This document shows, one piece after another, positions 45,904 through 55,331 of a DNA stretch of 64,000 bases; the stretch's first letter is position 1, and every line of letters begins with the position of its first letter. The notes beneath the pieces are model-generated. The model saw nothing but the letters and a program-made list of their open reading frames with translations, was not told where the DNA came from and did not search any database. The stretch comes from Patescibacteria group bacterium (GTDB lineage Bacteria > Patescibacteriota > Minisyncoccia > Phycocordibacterales > PALSA-1337), in the NCBI GenBank assembly GCA_040388415.1, contig JAZKBV010000002.1, forward strand, positions 136,131-200,130. Direction: 5' to 3'. The translations under genes were made by a program, and so were the position numbers.

Positions 45904-47748
45904 ATGACCCAAGCTGAAGCATTAAATATTCTCAAAACAGGAGCAAACGTCTTTCTGACTGGACCAGCAGGCAGTGGTAAAACCTATGTCCTTCGAGAAT
46001 ACCTACAATGCCTTCGTGAGCGAGATATACCGGTAGGTATTACGGCTTCTACTGGTATCGCTGCTACGCATATGGGGGGCGTCACTATCCATTCATGGTC
46101 TGGCGTTGGCGTGCGAGATACGCTCTCAGAGCAGGATCTCGAGGAAATATCGGAGAAGAGCTATGTAAAGACAAAGATCGAAGCTGCGAAAGTTTTGATT
46201 ATCGATGAGATATCGATGTTGCATCATTTTCGTTTGGATTTGATAAATGAAATCGTTAAAAAAATTCGTAGATCTGATTTGCCTTTCGGCGGCTTACAGG
46301 TAGTCGTATGTGGCGATTTTTTCCAATTACCGCCGATCTCTCGTGGGGGAGAGCCTGATGCGTATTTTGCCTATCATTCAAAAGCTTGGAAAGAAGCGAA
46401 TTTTGTAGTTTGTTATCTCGAGGAACAACATCGTCAGATAGACAAAGAGTATGTCGGCATTTTGAATGGCATACGCGCCCAATCGCTTTCAACAGATATG
46501 ATGGATCTATTGCATGGACGCATTATTGCTCGTAACAAAAAAGAGGATGATGGCATCGAGTTTTTGACTGACGAGCATATGGGTACTGAAGAAGACGTAG
46601 TCTTTATTGGAGACGAAGATGAAGTTAAAAAGAAAATCGAAACAGATATTCCCATCGAAATCCCTACGATTTTAACTGAGAATATAAAAGCGACCCGGCT
46701 TTATTCTCATAACAGTGATGTGGATGCTGAAAATGATCGCGAACTTGCTGCTGTTCCTGGAGGTTTCTTGGAATATACAATGATCACACATGGTAATAAA
46801 AAGCTTATTGAAGGATTGAAGAAATCATGTTTGGCCCCAGAGACTCTACGACTCAAAGTTGGTGCGCAGGTCATGTTCGTCAAGAATAATTGGGAAGTTG
46901 GATATGCAAATGGTACACGCGGTATAGTTGCTGAATGCACCTACGATAGTATTGTGGTCAAAACGCTCGATGGTCGTGATATAGATGTTCCACTTGAAAG
47001 TTGGCGTGTCGATGAGGGTGATCGAACGCTCGCTGAGATAGAGCAATATCCTCTGCGTCTTGCCTGGGCTATCACCATCCACAAGAGCCAGGGCATGTCT
47101 CTCGACGCCGCACATATAGACCTGTCACGTTCATTTGAGAAAGGTATGGGATATGTAGCGCTCTCACGCGTACGGTCGCTCCTAGGGCTTACCCTGGCAG
47201 GTTTGAATAACATGGCGCTCCATATCCACCCAGAAGCATATGAGTTTGATAAGCATTTCCGTGAACAATCAAAAAAAGCCGAAGCTCATTTTATGGGATT
47301 ATCAGCTGATGATCTCAAGTTGCGACAAAATAAATTTCTTGGAGCTGACCCAGTGGCAAAAGAGGAAGGCGAGTCGGATGAAGATTTTGCAGAGAGGGCG
47401 AAGGCGGTCAAACGCACCAGAAAAGGCAAAAAGCCAAAGATCCCAACTGCAGAAGTAACTCGCGGGCTTATAGATATGGGCAAATCAGTTCGCGAAGTCG
47501 CCAAAGAGCGCGCTCTTTCATTTGATACTATCCTCAATCACATCGAGCATGAAAAAAGAGAGGATCCGACATGGAACATCTCGCATCTTCGCGATGCGCT
47601 CCCCGTCACGCGTTTCAAAAAGATCTCAATGGCGTTTCATGCGGTGGGCATGCAAGAGGGCGGGGGCAGAGCGCTTTCGCCGGTCAAAAATATCCTCGGC
47701 GGTAGTTTCACCTTTGAAGAGATTAGACTTGTAAGGTTGTTTTTGTAA
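45904..47748 (+). CDS. Pif1/RecD-family (AAA_30) DNA helicase with a C-terminal HTH domain
   Basis: Walker A GPAGSGKTY and Walker B LIIDEISM. VVVCGDFFQLPPI is Pif1 motif III. ITIHKSQGMSLD is present. The C-terminus carries a helix-turn-helix (GLIDMGKSVREVAKERALSFDTILNHI). Confidence 0.8.
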   Translation: MTQAEALNILKTGANVFLTGPAGSGKTYVLREYLQCLRERDIPVGITASTGIAATHMGGVTIHSWSGVGVRDTLSEQDLEEISEKSYVKTKIEAAKVLIIDEISMLHHFRLDLINEIVKKIRRSDLPFGGLQVVVCGDFFQLPPISRGGEPDAYFAYHSKAWKEANFVVCYLEEQHRQIDKEYVGILNGIRAQSLSTDMMDLLHGRIIARNKKEDDGIEFLTDEHMGTEEDVVFIGDEDEVKKKIETDIPIEIPTILTENIKATRLYSHNSDVDAENDRELAAVPGGFLEYTMITHGNKKLIEGLKKSCLAPETLRLKVGAQVMFVKNNWEVGYANGTRGIVAECTYDSIVVKTLDGRDIDVPLESWRVDEGDRTLAEIEQYPLRLAWAITIHKSQGMSLDAAHIDLSRSFEKGMGYVALSRVRSLLGLTLAGLNNMALHIHPEAYEFDKHFREQSKKAEAHFMGLSADDLKLRQNKFLGADPVAKEEGESDEDFAERAKAVKRTRKGKKPKIPTAEVTRGLIDMGKSVREVAKERALSFDTILNHIEHEKREDPTWNISHLRDALPVTRFKKISMAFHAVGMQEGGGRALSPVKNILGGSFTFEEIRLVRLFL

Positions 47749-47761
47749 TAATTACATCATC

Positions 47762-48895
47762 ATGGTGAATCAACAATTACTCGAATACATTACCTACCAA
47801 CTTGATCACGGCATGAGTCCAATGGATTTGGAGCGCAAGCTCAAAGCTGAAGGAGGGTGGAATCATGACGATGTCAAAGGTGCTTTTCTCGCGCTTAACT
47901 TATCACCGACTCCTGATCCTGTTACTACACCACCAGCTCCCGCGCCTGCTTCCAGGCCTGCATTTACACCTACTCAAGCACCCATAGTTAGTCCAACCGC
48001 ACCAATGCCAGTGACGCTGACACCGGCACCAGTTGTACCAGGGGCAATTATTCAAGAAACTGTAATAGCGCCACCTCCTCAACCACAAAGCATTCCAGCG
48101 CCGAAATGGGAACTGCCACCACGTGAAAAACCACCAGCATCTTCATTTTCGCAACCATCTTTTTCTGCTTCACCGCTACCGCCAACATCCGCGTCGCGCG
48201 TATTTGTAGCTCCGGCTCGCCAACAATATCAACAGGTCAGACATTCAGGCATGCGCACTGTGATTATTTTATTTATTATCATCGTTCTTCTCGGTGGTGC
48301 TGGCGGGTATGTGTATCTTTATCAACCAGATATGGTTCAACAGGTAATTGGAAAATTTGCACAAAGTACCAAGAATACTAATTCATCTGTGACTGCACCC
48401 ACCAAGGTCACCTCGCCATTAAAAAATAATATAGTTAATAATTCTCTCTACACATTCACTGTTCCAGTAGGATGGAAAACGGTTTTAGTCGCAAATGATG
48501 GTCGAGGTGTTCAAGCATCAAACTCTATGGCAGGGTATATCGTATCGGTTGCTGTGACGCCGATCCCTCAGAGCAGTGAAAAAATAACTTCTGCGGACCA
48601 GATCATCACCTCTGATAACGTAAGTACTATCATTAAGTCAGAATTTGCGGGCGCAGTCCTGGGTAAGGTCAGTTCAGGTACTCTCGGTGGAGAAAAAGCG
48701 GTTATCGTAGCTTTCACCATCCCTGCAACTACTACCGGAAGTGAGGCGAGCTCATCTGCTAAAGAAGCGATATTACAGTATAGTGCCGTCCATGGAGATG
48801 CACTGTATAGTGTCGTGTTTAAATCAAGTTTGGATAAGGGCTTGAGTCTTTTGAAGGATGCTGAGGGAATCGTGACGAGTTTTGCATTCAAGTAG
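47762..48895 (+). CDS. Hypothetical membrane protein (small N-terminal domain, about 110 aa Pro-rich linker, one TM helix, extracytoplasmic C-terminal domain)
   Basis: The PAPAPASRPAFTPTQAP...PPPQPQSIPAP linker is followed by IILFIIIVLLGGAGGYVYLY. The stop overlaps the Pif1 region by spacing only. Confidence 0.45.
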   Translation: MVNQQLLEYITYQLDHGMSPMDLERKLKAEGGWNHDDVKGAFLALNLSPTPDPVTTPPAPAPASRPAFTPTQAPIVSPTAPMPVTLTPAPVVPGAIIQETVIAPPPQPQSIPAPKWELPPREKPPASSFSQPSFSASPLPPTSASRVFVAPARQQYQQVRHSGMRTVIILFIIIVLLGGAGGYVYLYQPDMVQQVIGKFAQSTKNTNSSVTAPTKVTSPLKNNIVNNSLYTFTVPVGWKTVLVANDGRGVQASNSMAGYIVSVAVTPIPQSSEKITSADQIITSDNVSTIIKSEFAGAVLGKVSSGTLGGEKAVIVAFTIPATTTGSEASSSAKEAILQYSAVHGDALYSVVFKSSLDKGLSLLKDAEGIVTSFAFK

Positions 48896-48984
48896 CTTGC
48901 TTTCTAATTAGATTAAATCGTTTATCTTGACTTGAAATAAGTGCGTTTGATATACTTCTTTTATCTTCCAGATACGTCCACCGA

Positions 48985-49018
48985 GATTCCCTCCTTAACC
49001 GGAGGGAATCGCTTTTAT
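48985..49018 (+). terminator. Perfect 10 bp hairpin GATTCCCTCC-ttaacc-GGAGGGAATC followed by GCTTTTAT
   Basis: Seen directly. It overlaps the last codons of the convergent MazF-like gene. Confidence 0.5.
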
Positions 49019-49429
49019 AGGAGTAAGTACCGGACGCATCTCACTCTGAATCGCTACGAATTCTTCATTAGTGATTCTATAAATGAGTCTCAACAACCTT
49101 TTACTGCTTATCGCTCTGGGCTGAGATAATAATAGGGTACGATCACTACCTTTATATTTCATTTTATGAAAATGTTCACCGCCTCTCATTGTAGATGTTA
49201 TTGGTAATGCAAGTAACATATTCTCGTCTTGCTTCTTGAATACAAGAATCGGTCTTTCAAATAATTCATTTTTTCCATCAATTTCGTGTCCAATATTTAT
49301 GCCAAGCATTGCCCACCATACTTCTCCTTCTAGGAAAAAGAAGTCATCTGGTAGTACACGTTTTTCCAACTCCTTTTTCTTGGAATTCCATAGATCAAAA
49401 TCTTTTATATACTTATTTTCTAAATTCAT
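48995..49429 (-). CDS. PemK/MazF-family endoribonuclease toxin-like protein (orphan, no adjacent antitoxin ORF)
   Basis: GEVWWAMLGINIGHEIDGKNELFERPILVFKKQDENMLLALPITSTMRGG fits the PemK_toxin pattern (RG.i..v.l....GsE..g.RP.lV...........vvP.TS). Length 144 aa. Confidence 0.55.
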   Translation of the reverse strand: MNLENKYIKDFDLWNSKKKELEKRVLPDDFFFLEGEVWWAMLGINIGHEIDGKNELFERPILVFKKQDENMLLALPITSTMRGGEHFHKMKYKGSDRTLLLSQPRAISSKRLLRLIYRITNEEFVAIQSEMRPVLTPIKAIPSG

Positions 49430-49497
49430 TCTACCAGCCTAGCAACTGGCAATAAAATTCTGTTCAAAAAGAGTTCAAGAAACGATAAAGTTTTAGT

Positions 49498-49650
49498 TTG
49501 ACCACTTCAGTGTGTCATGCTACTTTTTACCCATGCTTATAAATAAACACATTCAGACGTGGTCAGGGTTTGTTTATGCTTTCTCATTTTCGGGCAGGTA
49601 GGTATTTACGCGTGTAAGTACTAGACCTGCCTTTCGGCAGGTTTTTTTGT
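49498..49650 (+). promoter_or_regulatory. Candidate attenuator/riboswitch-like leader or small RNA upstream of folC, with mutually exclusive hairpins and an intrinsic terminator
   Basis: Segment A GGGCAGGT (49592-49599) can pair with B ACCTGCC (49625-49631). B alternatively pairs with C GGCAGGT (49636-49642) followed by TTTTTTT, giving a terminator. A possible promoter is TTGACC at 49498. Confidence 0.4.
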
Positions 49651-49671
49651 TGTGTCTTATAAATCATAAAA

Positions 49672-50955
49672 TTGAATCCAATGCAGAATTTTGAACGTTA
49701 TCACGAAGCAGTGTCCTTTCTTGAGGGTCTCTCCAATCTACCTATTGAAGGAGATTATATGGTCAAGAGAGATCGTCTCGATGTCTATTTAAAAAAGATG
49801 AGACGTTTTTTAGCGAGATTAGGTAATCCTGATAAGGATATTAAATTTATACATATCACAGGCACGGCAGGCAAGGGCAGTGTTACAAATATGATTCATG
49901 AAATACTCAATATCTTAGGAAAAAACGTCGGGTCGTTCACTTCTCCTTTCGTCACAACTTCTTTGGAGAAAATTAAAGTTAAAGATCTCTATATTTCTCC
50001 AGATGAGTTTGCTGACATTGTCGAATACTTAAAACCTCATATAGATGAAGAGTATCAACATTCTCCTTATGGTCGACCTTCATATTTCGAACTATTTCTT
50101 GCGATTGCGCTCGTTTACTTTAAACGCAAAAAATGTGAGTGGGTCGTACTAGAGGTTGGTTGTGGTGGCAGGTATGATGCTACGAATGTGATTGAAAATC
50201 CTATTATTACTGCAATCACAAACATTGATTATGATCACATGCACATTTTGGGCAATACGCTCAGAGAGATCGCGTATGATAAAGCAGGTATTATTAAAAA
50301 GGGATCACTTTTCTTTACAACTGAAAAGAGAAAACCATTGTTGAAGATATTTACTGATGTATGTAATGAGAGTAAAGTTCCATTGAGCGCAGTTTCTATT
50401 CCTGGTGACTATCAAATGCAAAATATTGCTCTAGTCCGTGCTATCACTGAAAAATTAGACATAAATCATAAATATATTGAGTACGGAATCAATAAGGCGC
50501 GTTTGCAGTGCCGTTTTGAAGTTATGCAGCAAGAGCCGCTCGTTGTTCTCGATGGTGCGCATAATAGGGCAAAGATAAGGAGTACGATAGAGAATTTAAA
50601 AAATCTGAAGTTCCGCAAACTGCATTTAGTGATCGGAATGGCCGATAATAAAGATGGAAATTCTATGCTCGAACAGATCATCCCTATCGCAGACAGTGTT
50701 GCAGTTACTCGGTTTCAGATAAAAGATAGAAAGTGCGCCCACCCCAAAAGGTTATTTGTTGAAGTACGAAGATATCTTCGTAAGGATGTTCCGGTTAGTT
50801 TGACATTAGATCCCGAGATAGCTTTGAAAAGGGCAATGGCAAGAGCCAGAAAAAATGACTTGGTTCTAGTTACCGGTTCGTTCTTTCTGGTCGGTGAATT
50901 GAGAAAGATATGGTTCTCTGAGGATGTGATTTTAAGAGCGAGGAAGAGTTTTTAG
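49672..50955 (+). CDS. folC: Folylpolyglutamate synthase/dihydrofolate synthase (Mur ligase family)
   Basis: ITGTAGKGSV P-loop of Mur ligases. The length (427 aa) fits and LDGAHN is present. Confidence 0.8.
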   Translation: MNPMQNFERYHEAVSFLEGLSNLPIEGDYMVKRDRLDVYLKKMRRFLARLGNPDKDIKFIHITGTAGKGSVTNMIHEILNILGKNVGSFTSPFVTTSLEKIKVKDLYISPDEFADIVEYLKPHIDEEYQHSPYGRPSYFELFLAIALVYFKRKKCEWVVLEVGCGGRYDATNVIENPIITAITNIDYDHMHILGNTLREIAYDKAGIIKKGSLFFTTEKRKPLLKIFTDVCNESKVPLSAVSIPGDYQMQNIALVRAITEKLDINHKYIEYGINKARLQCRFEVMQQEPLVVLDGAHNRAKIRSTIENLKNLKFRKLHLVIGMADNKDGNSMLEQIIPIADSVAVTRFQIKDRKCAHPKRLFVEVRRYLRKDVPVSLTLDPEIALKRAMARARKNDLVLVTGSFFLVGELRKIWFSEDVILRARKSF

Positions 50956-50972
50956 GTATTATGCAAGCGGTG

Positions 50973-51001
50973 TTGACTCTCCCTCAACCTTCTGCTAGTA
51001 T
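50973..51001 (+). promoter_or_regulatory. Candidate promoter for rpsN and the spc-operon remainder (TTGACT, 17 nt spacer, TAGTAT)
   Basis: Seen directly, about 120 nt upstream of rpsN. Confidence 0.45.
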
Positions 51002-51120
51002 CATACCTACCTCAATAAAAGCTCGTTCTGAGGAAGTGATTGGAAGCAAACGCCTAAATTAAGGGCTTTAGCTAACCAATCGAAATTTTCTTTTTAAGAT
51101 AAGTAGAAATAATACAAATC

Positions 51121-51306
51121 ATGGCAACCAAAGCAGTCATTGCACGCTCAAAGAGAACACCGAAGTTTGCTTCGCGTGTTGTTCGTCGTTGTTTCCGTTG
51201 TGGTCGTAAGCACGGTTATATGCGTGATTTTGACCTCTGCCGTATTTGTTTCCGTGAATTCGCCAATGAAGGCATTATCCCAGGCATAAAGAAATCATCA
51301 TGGTAA
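51121..51306 (+). CDS. rpsN: 30S ribosomal protein S14, zinc-binding type Z
   Basis: Length 61 aa with [10 protein letters not shown]...CRIC forming a CxxC...CxxC motif. Confidence 0.9.
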   Translation: MATKAVIARSKRTPKFASRVVRRCFRCGRKHGYMRDFDLCRICFREFANEGIIPGIKKSSW

Positions 51307-51686
51307 CAGACCCTATTTCAGACCTCATAACACGTATCAAGAACAGCAGTGATGCAAAGAAAGCATCAGTCACTGTCATCGCATCAAAGCTTACAGAGAA
51401 CGTCGCTCATGTCCTCAAGAAGGCAGGCTACATCTCTTCTGTAGACAAGAGCAAGACAAAGCGTGAGCTTGAACTCGGCCTCGTCTACTTTGATGGTGTA
51501 CCACGTATCAACGGCGTTGAGCGTATCTCAAAGCCATCACGCCGTCTTTACCAGAAAGCAGCAGACATCCGCTCATTCCGTAGTGGTTTCGGTAACACCA
51601 TCTTCACTACGTCAAAGGGCATTATGACTGACTCTGATGCAAAGAAGCTTAAACTTGGCGGAGAAATCCTCTTTAAGATTTGGTAA
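51300..51686 (+). CDS. rpsH: 30S ribosomal protein S8
   Basis: [12 protein letters not shown]... is a typical S8. Confidence 0.95.
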   Translation: MVTDPISDLITRIKNSSDAKKASVTVIASKLTENVAHVLKKAGYISSVDKSKTKRELELGLVYFDGVPRINGVERISKPSRRLYQKAADIRSFRSGFGNTIFTTSKGIMTDSDAKKLKLGGEILFKIW

Positions 51687-51717
51687 TCTATATATTTAAT
51701 CTGATTTCAATACTACT

Positions 51718-52251
51718 ATGTCAAGAATTGCCAAAAAACCTATAGTTATCCCAGCCAAGACCGAAGTCACTCTCGTTAACGGTGTTTTGACTGTCAAAGG
51801 CCCTCTCGGTGAGCTCAAAAAGAACCTCCGTGATGACGTTTCAGTCACTATTGCAAACAACGAGATCGTTCTTGCAAAGAACCGCAATACTCTCCAGGCA
51901 GCAGCTATGATTGGCACGTACGCTTCACATATCCGCAATATGATTGCTGGTGTTCATAAAGCATATGAAAAGAAGCTTGTTATCGAAGGTATCGGTTACA
52001 AGGCTGACGTAAAGGGCACGAACCTCGTTCTTAACGTTGGTTTCTCTCATCCAGTTACACTTCCTATTCCAGCAGGTCTCAAAGTAACTACAGAAAAGGC
52101 AAACATCATTGTTTCAGGTATCGACTGTGAAGTCGTCGGCCAGTTCGCCGCAGTTACTCGTTCTACAAAGAAGCCTGAGCCATATCTCGGAAAGGGTATC
52201 CGTTACTCTGATGAAGTTATCCGCAGAAAGCAGGGTAAGAAGGCGGCATAA
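51718..52251 (+). CDS. rplF: 50S ribosomal protein L6
   Basis: MSRIAKKPIVIP... is a typical L6. Confidence 0.95.
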   Translation: MSRIAKKPIVIPAKTEVTLVNGVLTVKGPLGELKKNLRDDVSVTIANNEIVLAKNRNTLQAAAMIGTYASHIRNMIAGVHKAYEKKLVIEGIGYKADVKGTNLVLNVGFSHPVTLPIPAGLKVTTEKANIIVSGIDCEVVGQFAAVTRSTKKPEPYLGKGIRYSDEVIRRKQGKKAA

Positions 52252-52266
52252 ACATAATTTACTTAT

Positions 52267-52620
52267 ATGAAATCAATTATCAAAACTCAAAACAAGAAAT
52301 TTGCTCGCCGTCACGCCCGCACACGTGCCAAGATTAGTGGTACTGCAGAGCGCCCACGTCTTTCAGTTTTCAAGTCTCATCGTTATATCTACGCTCAGAT
52401 CATCGATGATACAAAGGGCAACACTCTCGCTGCTTTCTCATCAAAGGATGTAAAGGCAAAGAGTCCAGCTGACCGTGCAAAGGAAGTTGGTACTGGTATT
52501 GCAAAGAAAGCTCTCGAAGCAAAGATTACCAAGGTTGTCTTTGATCGCGGAGGCTACCTGTATGCCGGTAAGATCAAGATCGTGGCTGATGGTGCTCGCG
52601 AGGGAGGACTTCAATTCTAA
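52267..52620 (+). CDS. rplR: 50S ribosomal protein L18
   Basis: [20 protein letters not shown] is a typical L18. Confidence 0.9.
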   Translation: MKSIIKTQNKKFARRHARTRAKISGTAERPRLSVFKSHRYIYAQIIDDTKGNTLAAFSSKDVKAKSPADRAKEVGTGIAKKALEAKITKVVFDRGGYLYAGKIKIVADGAREGGLQF

Positions 52621-52634
52621 TTTTAATAACTATT

Positions 52635-53333
52635 ATGCAAGACAAAGACACACAGGTTAATACACAAGCTCCAGTAGCGCCAGCGACGGTTGTTCCAGCA
52701 ACAGCTGCTCCTGCTGCTGCAAACAAGGTCACCCCAGGACGCAAGATGCGTGATTCAGCTCGTGCAAGCACACCAGGTGCTCGCAGTAGCAGTGATACTC
52801 GCGGACGTGGTGGACGCACCGGAGGACGTGGCAGTGAGCCTCGTGAGCGTGTCAAACCAGAGTTTGATGCAAAGATGATTGATATCCGCCGTGTTACTCG
52901 TGTGTCATCAGGTGGTCGCCGTTATAGTTTCAGCGTCGCTGTTGTTGCAGGTGACCGCAAGGGTCGCGTCGGTGTTGGTCTCGGCAAAGCAGGTGACACA
53001 TCACTCGCCATCGAAAAGGCTACACGTGAAGCAAAGAAGCATCTCGTCAAGATTCCACTTTCAGCACAGATGACCATCCCTCACGCAACAGAAGCAAAGT
53101 TTGGTAGTGCGCGCATCATGGTATTCCCAGCTCGTGGTAGCGGTATTGTCGCAGGTAGTTCAGCACGTACCGTTATCGAGCTCGCAGGCGTCAAAGATGT
53201 CTGTGCAAAGATTATGTCAGGCTCAAAGAACAAGGTAAACATTGCACGTGCCATCATCCTTGCTTTTGATAACTTGAGCAGGATCAATCGCCGTACTCTC
53301 CAGAATAAGGCACCAAAGGTAGCTGCTAAATAA
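52635..53333 (+). CDS. rpsE: 30S ribosomal protein S5 with an N-terminal low-complexity extension of about 75 aa
   Basis: The core is IDIRRVTRVSSGGRRYSFSVAVVAGDRKGRVGVGLGKA. It is preceded by an Ala/Pro/Arg/Gly-rich extension. Confidence 0.9.
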   Translation: MQDKDTQVNTQAPVAPATVVPATAAPAAANKVTPGRKMRDSARASTPGARSSSDTRGRGGRTGGRGSEPRERVKPEFDAKMIDIRRVTRVSSGGRRYSFSVAVVAGDRKGRVGVGLGKAGDTSLAIEKATREAKKHLVKIPLSAQMTIPHATEAKFGSARIMVFPARGSGIVAGSSARTVIELAGVKDVCAKIMSGSKNKVNIARAIILAFDNLSRINRRTLQNKAPKVAAK

Positions 53334-53344
53334 CTTTTAATACT

Positions 53345-53950
53345 ATGCAATTCCATCAACTTAAACGAGTCCACAAGAACAAGAAGCGCATGACGGTTGC
53401 CCGTGGTGGCAAGCGCGGAAAGACATCTGGCCGTGGTGGCAAGGGTCAGTCTGCTCGTGCAGGTAACAAGCGCCGTCCAGAATGGCGTGACATCATCAAG
53501 CGTCTTCCAAAGTTGCGCGGTCGTGGCGTCAATCAGAACAAGCCTGTTGAGGAGGCATTCAAAGCTATCAACGTCAGTTTGATCGAAGCGATCTTCAATG
53601 CAGGGGATATGGTTACTCCCACTACTCTCCTTGAAAAAGGCGCAGTTGTTACATTCTCTGGAAACGTTCCTCCTATCAAGATCCTTGGCGATGGCGAGAT
53701 CACAAAGGCAGTCAAAGTCTCAGGTTGTGCTATCTCAGGCAGTGCAAAGGAAAAGATCGAGAAAGCTGGTGGTACGGTTACTCTCATTACTCCAAAGGTA
53801 GTTGTAAAAAATACAGGTGCTGCTGGTATCGTAGGCACACCAAAGGTTGTCGTTGAGCCGAAGAAGGCAGTCAAAAAGGAGAAGGCTCCAAAGGTGGCAA
53901 AAGAAGTAAAAGAAAAGAAGGCTCCTGCAAAGAAAGCAAAGGCTGAATAA
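53345..53950 (+). CDS. rplO: 50S ribosomal protein L15 with a Lys-rich C-terminal extension
   Basis: ARGGKRGKTSGRGGKGQ is the L15 core. No L30 gene lies between rpsE and rplO. Confidence 0.9.
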   Translation: MQFHQLKRVHKNKKRMTVARGGKRGKTSGRGGKGQSARAGNKRRPEWRDIIKRLPKLRGRGVNQNKPVEEAFKAINVSLIEAIFNAGDMVTPTTLLEKGAVVTFSGNVPPIKILGDGEITKAVKVSGCAISGSAKEKIEKAGGTVTLITPKVVVKNTGAAGIVGTPKVVVEPKKAVKKEKAPKVAKEVKEKKAPAKKAKAE

Positions 53951-53999
53951 TTACGCTATACTGTCTGGGTCCCATTAAGAAGTAAGTAATCGAAATCAT

Positions 54000-55271
54000 A
54001 TGCAAAACTTCTGGCAAAAATTCACAACCGCTCTCAAAGACCCAGTTCTTCGCAAGAGAATTGGTTTCACTGTCGGCGCGCTCGTCGTCTTCCGTCTCTT
54101 GGCGACTATCCCTATACCAGGCGTTGATGTAGCAAATCTTTCGACACTCCTTGCATCAAGTCAGTTTTTTGGTTTTCTTAATATTTTCTCAGGTGGAGGC
54201 CTCTCAAACCTTTCTATTGTCATGCTCGGTGTTGGTCCATTCATCACTGCTTCAATCATCATTCAGCTTATGACTATGATGTTCCCAAAGTGGAAAGCAC
54301 TCATGCACGAAGAGGGTCAGGCTGGACGTATGAAGCTTTCGAACTACTCGCGTCTTCTCTCAGTTCCTCTTGCATTCGTACAGGCATTTGGTTTCATTAT
54401 TCTTCTTGAAAACCAGAACGTTATCGCGCATATCAGTGGCATGAGTTTGCTCATCAACGTTCTTGTTGTTTCAGCGGGTTCTATCCTCCTCATGTGGATC
54501 GGTGAGCTCGTGTCTGAGTTCGGTATCGGTAACGGTGTCTCACTTGTCATCTTTGCCGGTATCGTTTCTCGTTTGCCAAAGGATGCGGTGCAATTTCTTT
54601 CAACATTTGACGCAAGTCAGATCACTGTTTATCTCGCAGTCCTCGCAGTCGCTATCATTGTCGTCGCTGGTGTGGTCTTTGTCACTGAGGCAGAGCGTTC
54701 AGTGCCAGTCACCTATGCAAAGCAGGTACGTGGCAACAAGGTTTACGGCGGCGTTTCAACATATCTCCCTCTCCGCTTGAACCAGGCTGGCGTTATTCCG
54801 ATCATCTTCGCATTGTCTATCCTTTTGTTCCCTCAGATCATCGCCAACTTTCTTTCACACGCTTCAAATGCCGTCGTTGCAGCATACGCAGCTTCATTTG
54901 CGACATTCTTCAATAATGCATGGGTCTATGGCGGTTTCTACTTCGTTCTCGTTGTTCTCTTCACGTATTTCTATACTGCAGTCACGTTCGATCCTACAAT
55001 GATCTCACAGAACCTCCAGCAGGGTGGCGCATTCATCCCTGGTGTTCGTCCAGGAGATCATACTCGTGATTATCTCGCAGCTATCGTCACTCGCATCACT
55101 CTTGTTGGTGCAGTCTTCCTCGGTGTCGTCGCTATCTTGCCACTCACCATGCAACATCTCACTGGTGTTCAGACACTTGCTATCGGCGGTACATCTCTCT
55201 TGATCGTTGTTTCAGTGGTTCTTGATCTCTTGAAGAAGATCGATGCTCAGGTAAGTATGAGGGAGTACTAG
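54000..55271 (+). CDS. secY: Preprotein translocase subunit SecY
   Basis: Ten TM segments, the GIGNGVSL motif and a length of 423 aa. It sits in the expected operon position. Confidence 0.95.
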   Translation: MQNFWQKFTTALKDPVLRKRIGFTVGALVVFRLLATIPIPGVDVANLSTLLASSQFFGFLNIFSGGGLSNLSIVMLGVGPFITASIIIQLMTMMFPKWKALMHEEGQAGRMKLSNYSRLLSVPLAFVQAFGFIILLENQNVIAHISGMSLLINVLVVSAGSILLMWIGELVSEFGIGNGVSLVIFAGIVSRLPKDAVQFLSTFDASQITVYLAVLAVAIIVVAGVVFVTEAERSVPVTYAKQVRGNKVYGGVSTYLPLRLNQAGVIPIIFALSILLFPQIIANFLSHASNAVVAAYAASFATFFNNAWVYGGFYFVLVVLFTYFYTAVTFDPTMISQNLQQGGAFIPGVRPGDHTRDYLAAIVTRITLVGAVFLGVVAILPLTMQHLTGVQTLAIGGTSLLIVVSVVLDLLKKIDAQVSMREY

Positions 55272-55331
55272 TAGGGCACAGGAGAAAGGAGAAGGAAGAA
55301 CGGAGAAAGGAAATCGCATAATTCAGATAAG

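Noticed and set aside
48985-49010. The hairpin acting as terminator of the minus-strand MazF-like gene
   Set aside because: The hairpin overlaps the last five codons of that gene and is not followed by a T-run on the minus strand. It fits better as a terminator for the + strand gene at 47762-48895.
49430-49671. Type III (ToxI-like) RNA antitoxin repeats upstream of the MazF-like gene
   Set aside because: No tandem 30-40 nt direct repeats are visible. The structure present is better explained as a + strand attenuator or terminator in front of folC.
55272-55310. GA-rich tract (GGAGAAAGGAGAAGGAAGAACGGAGAAAGG) after secY as a functional repeat
   Set aside because: It is a simple purine low-complexity run and plausibly part of the 3' UTR. 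Only the adjacent AGGAAATCGCATAATT motif shows a specific match elsewhere.
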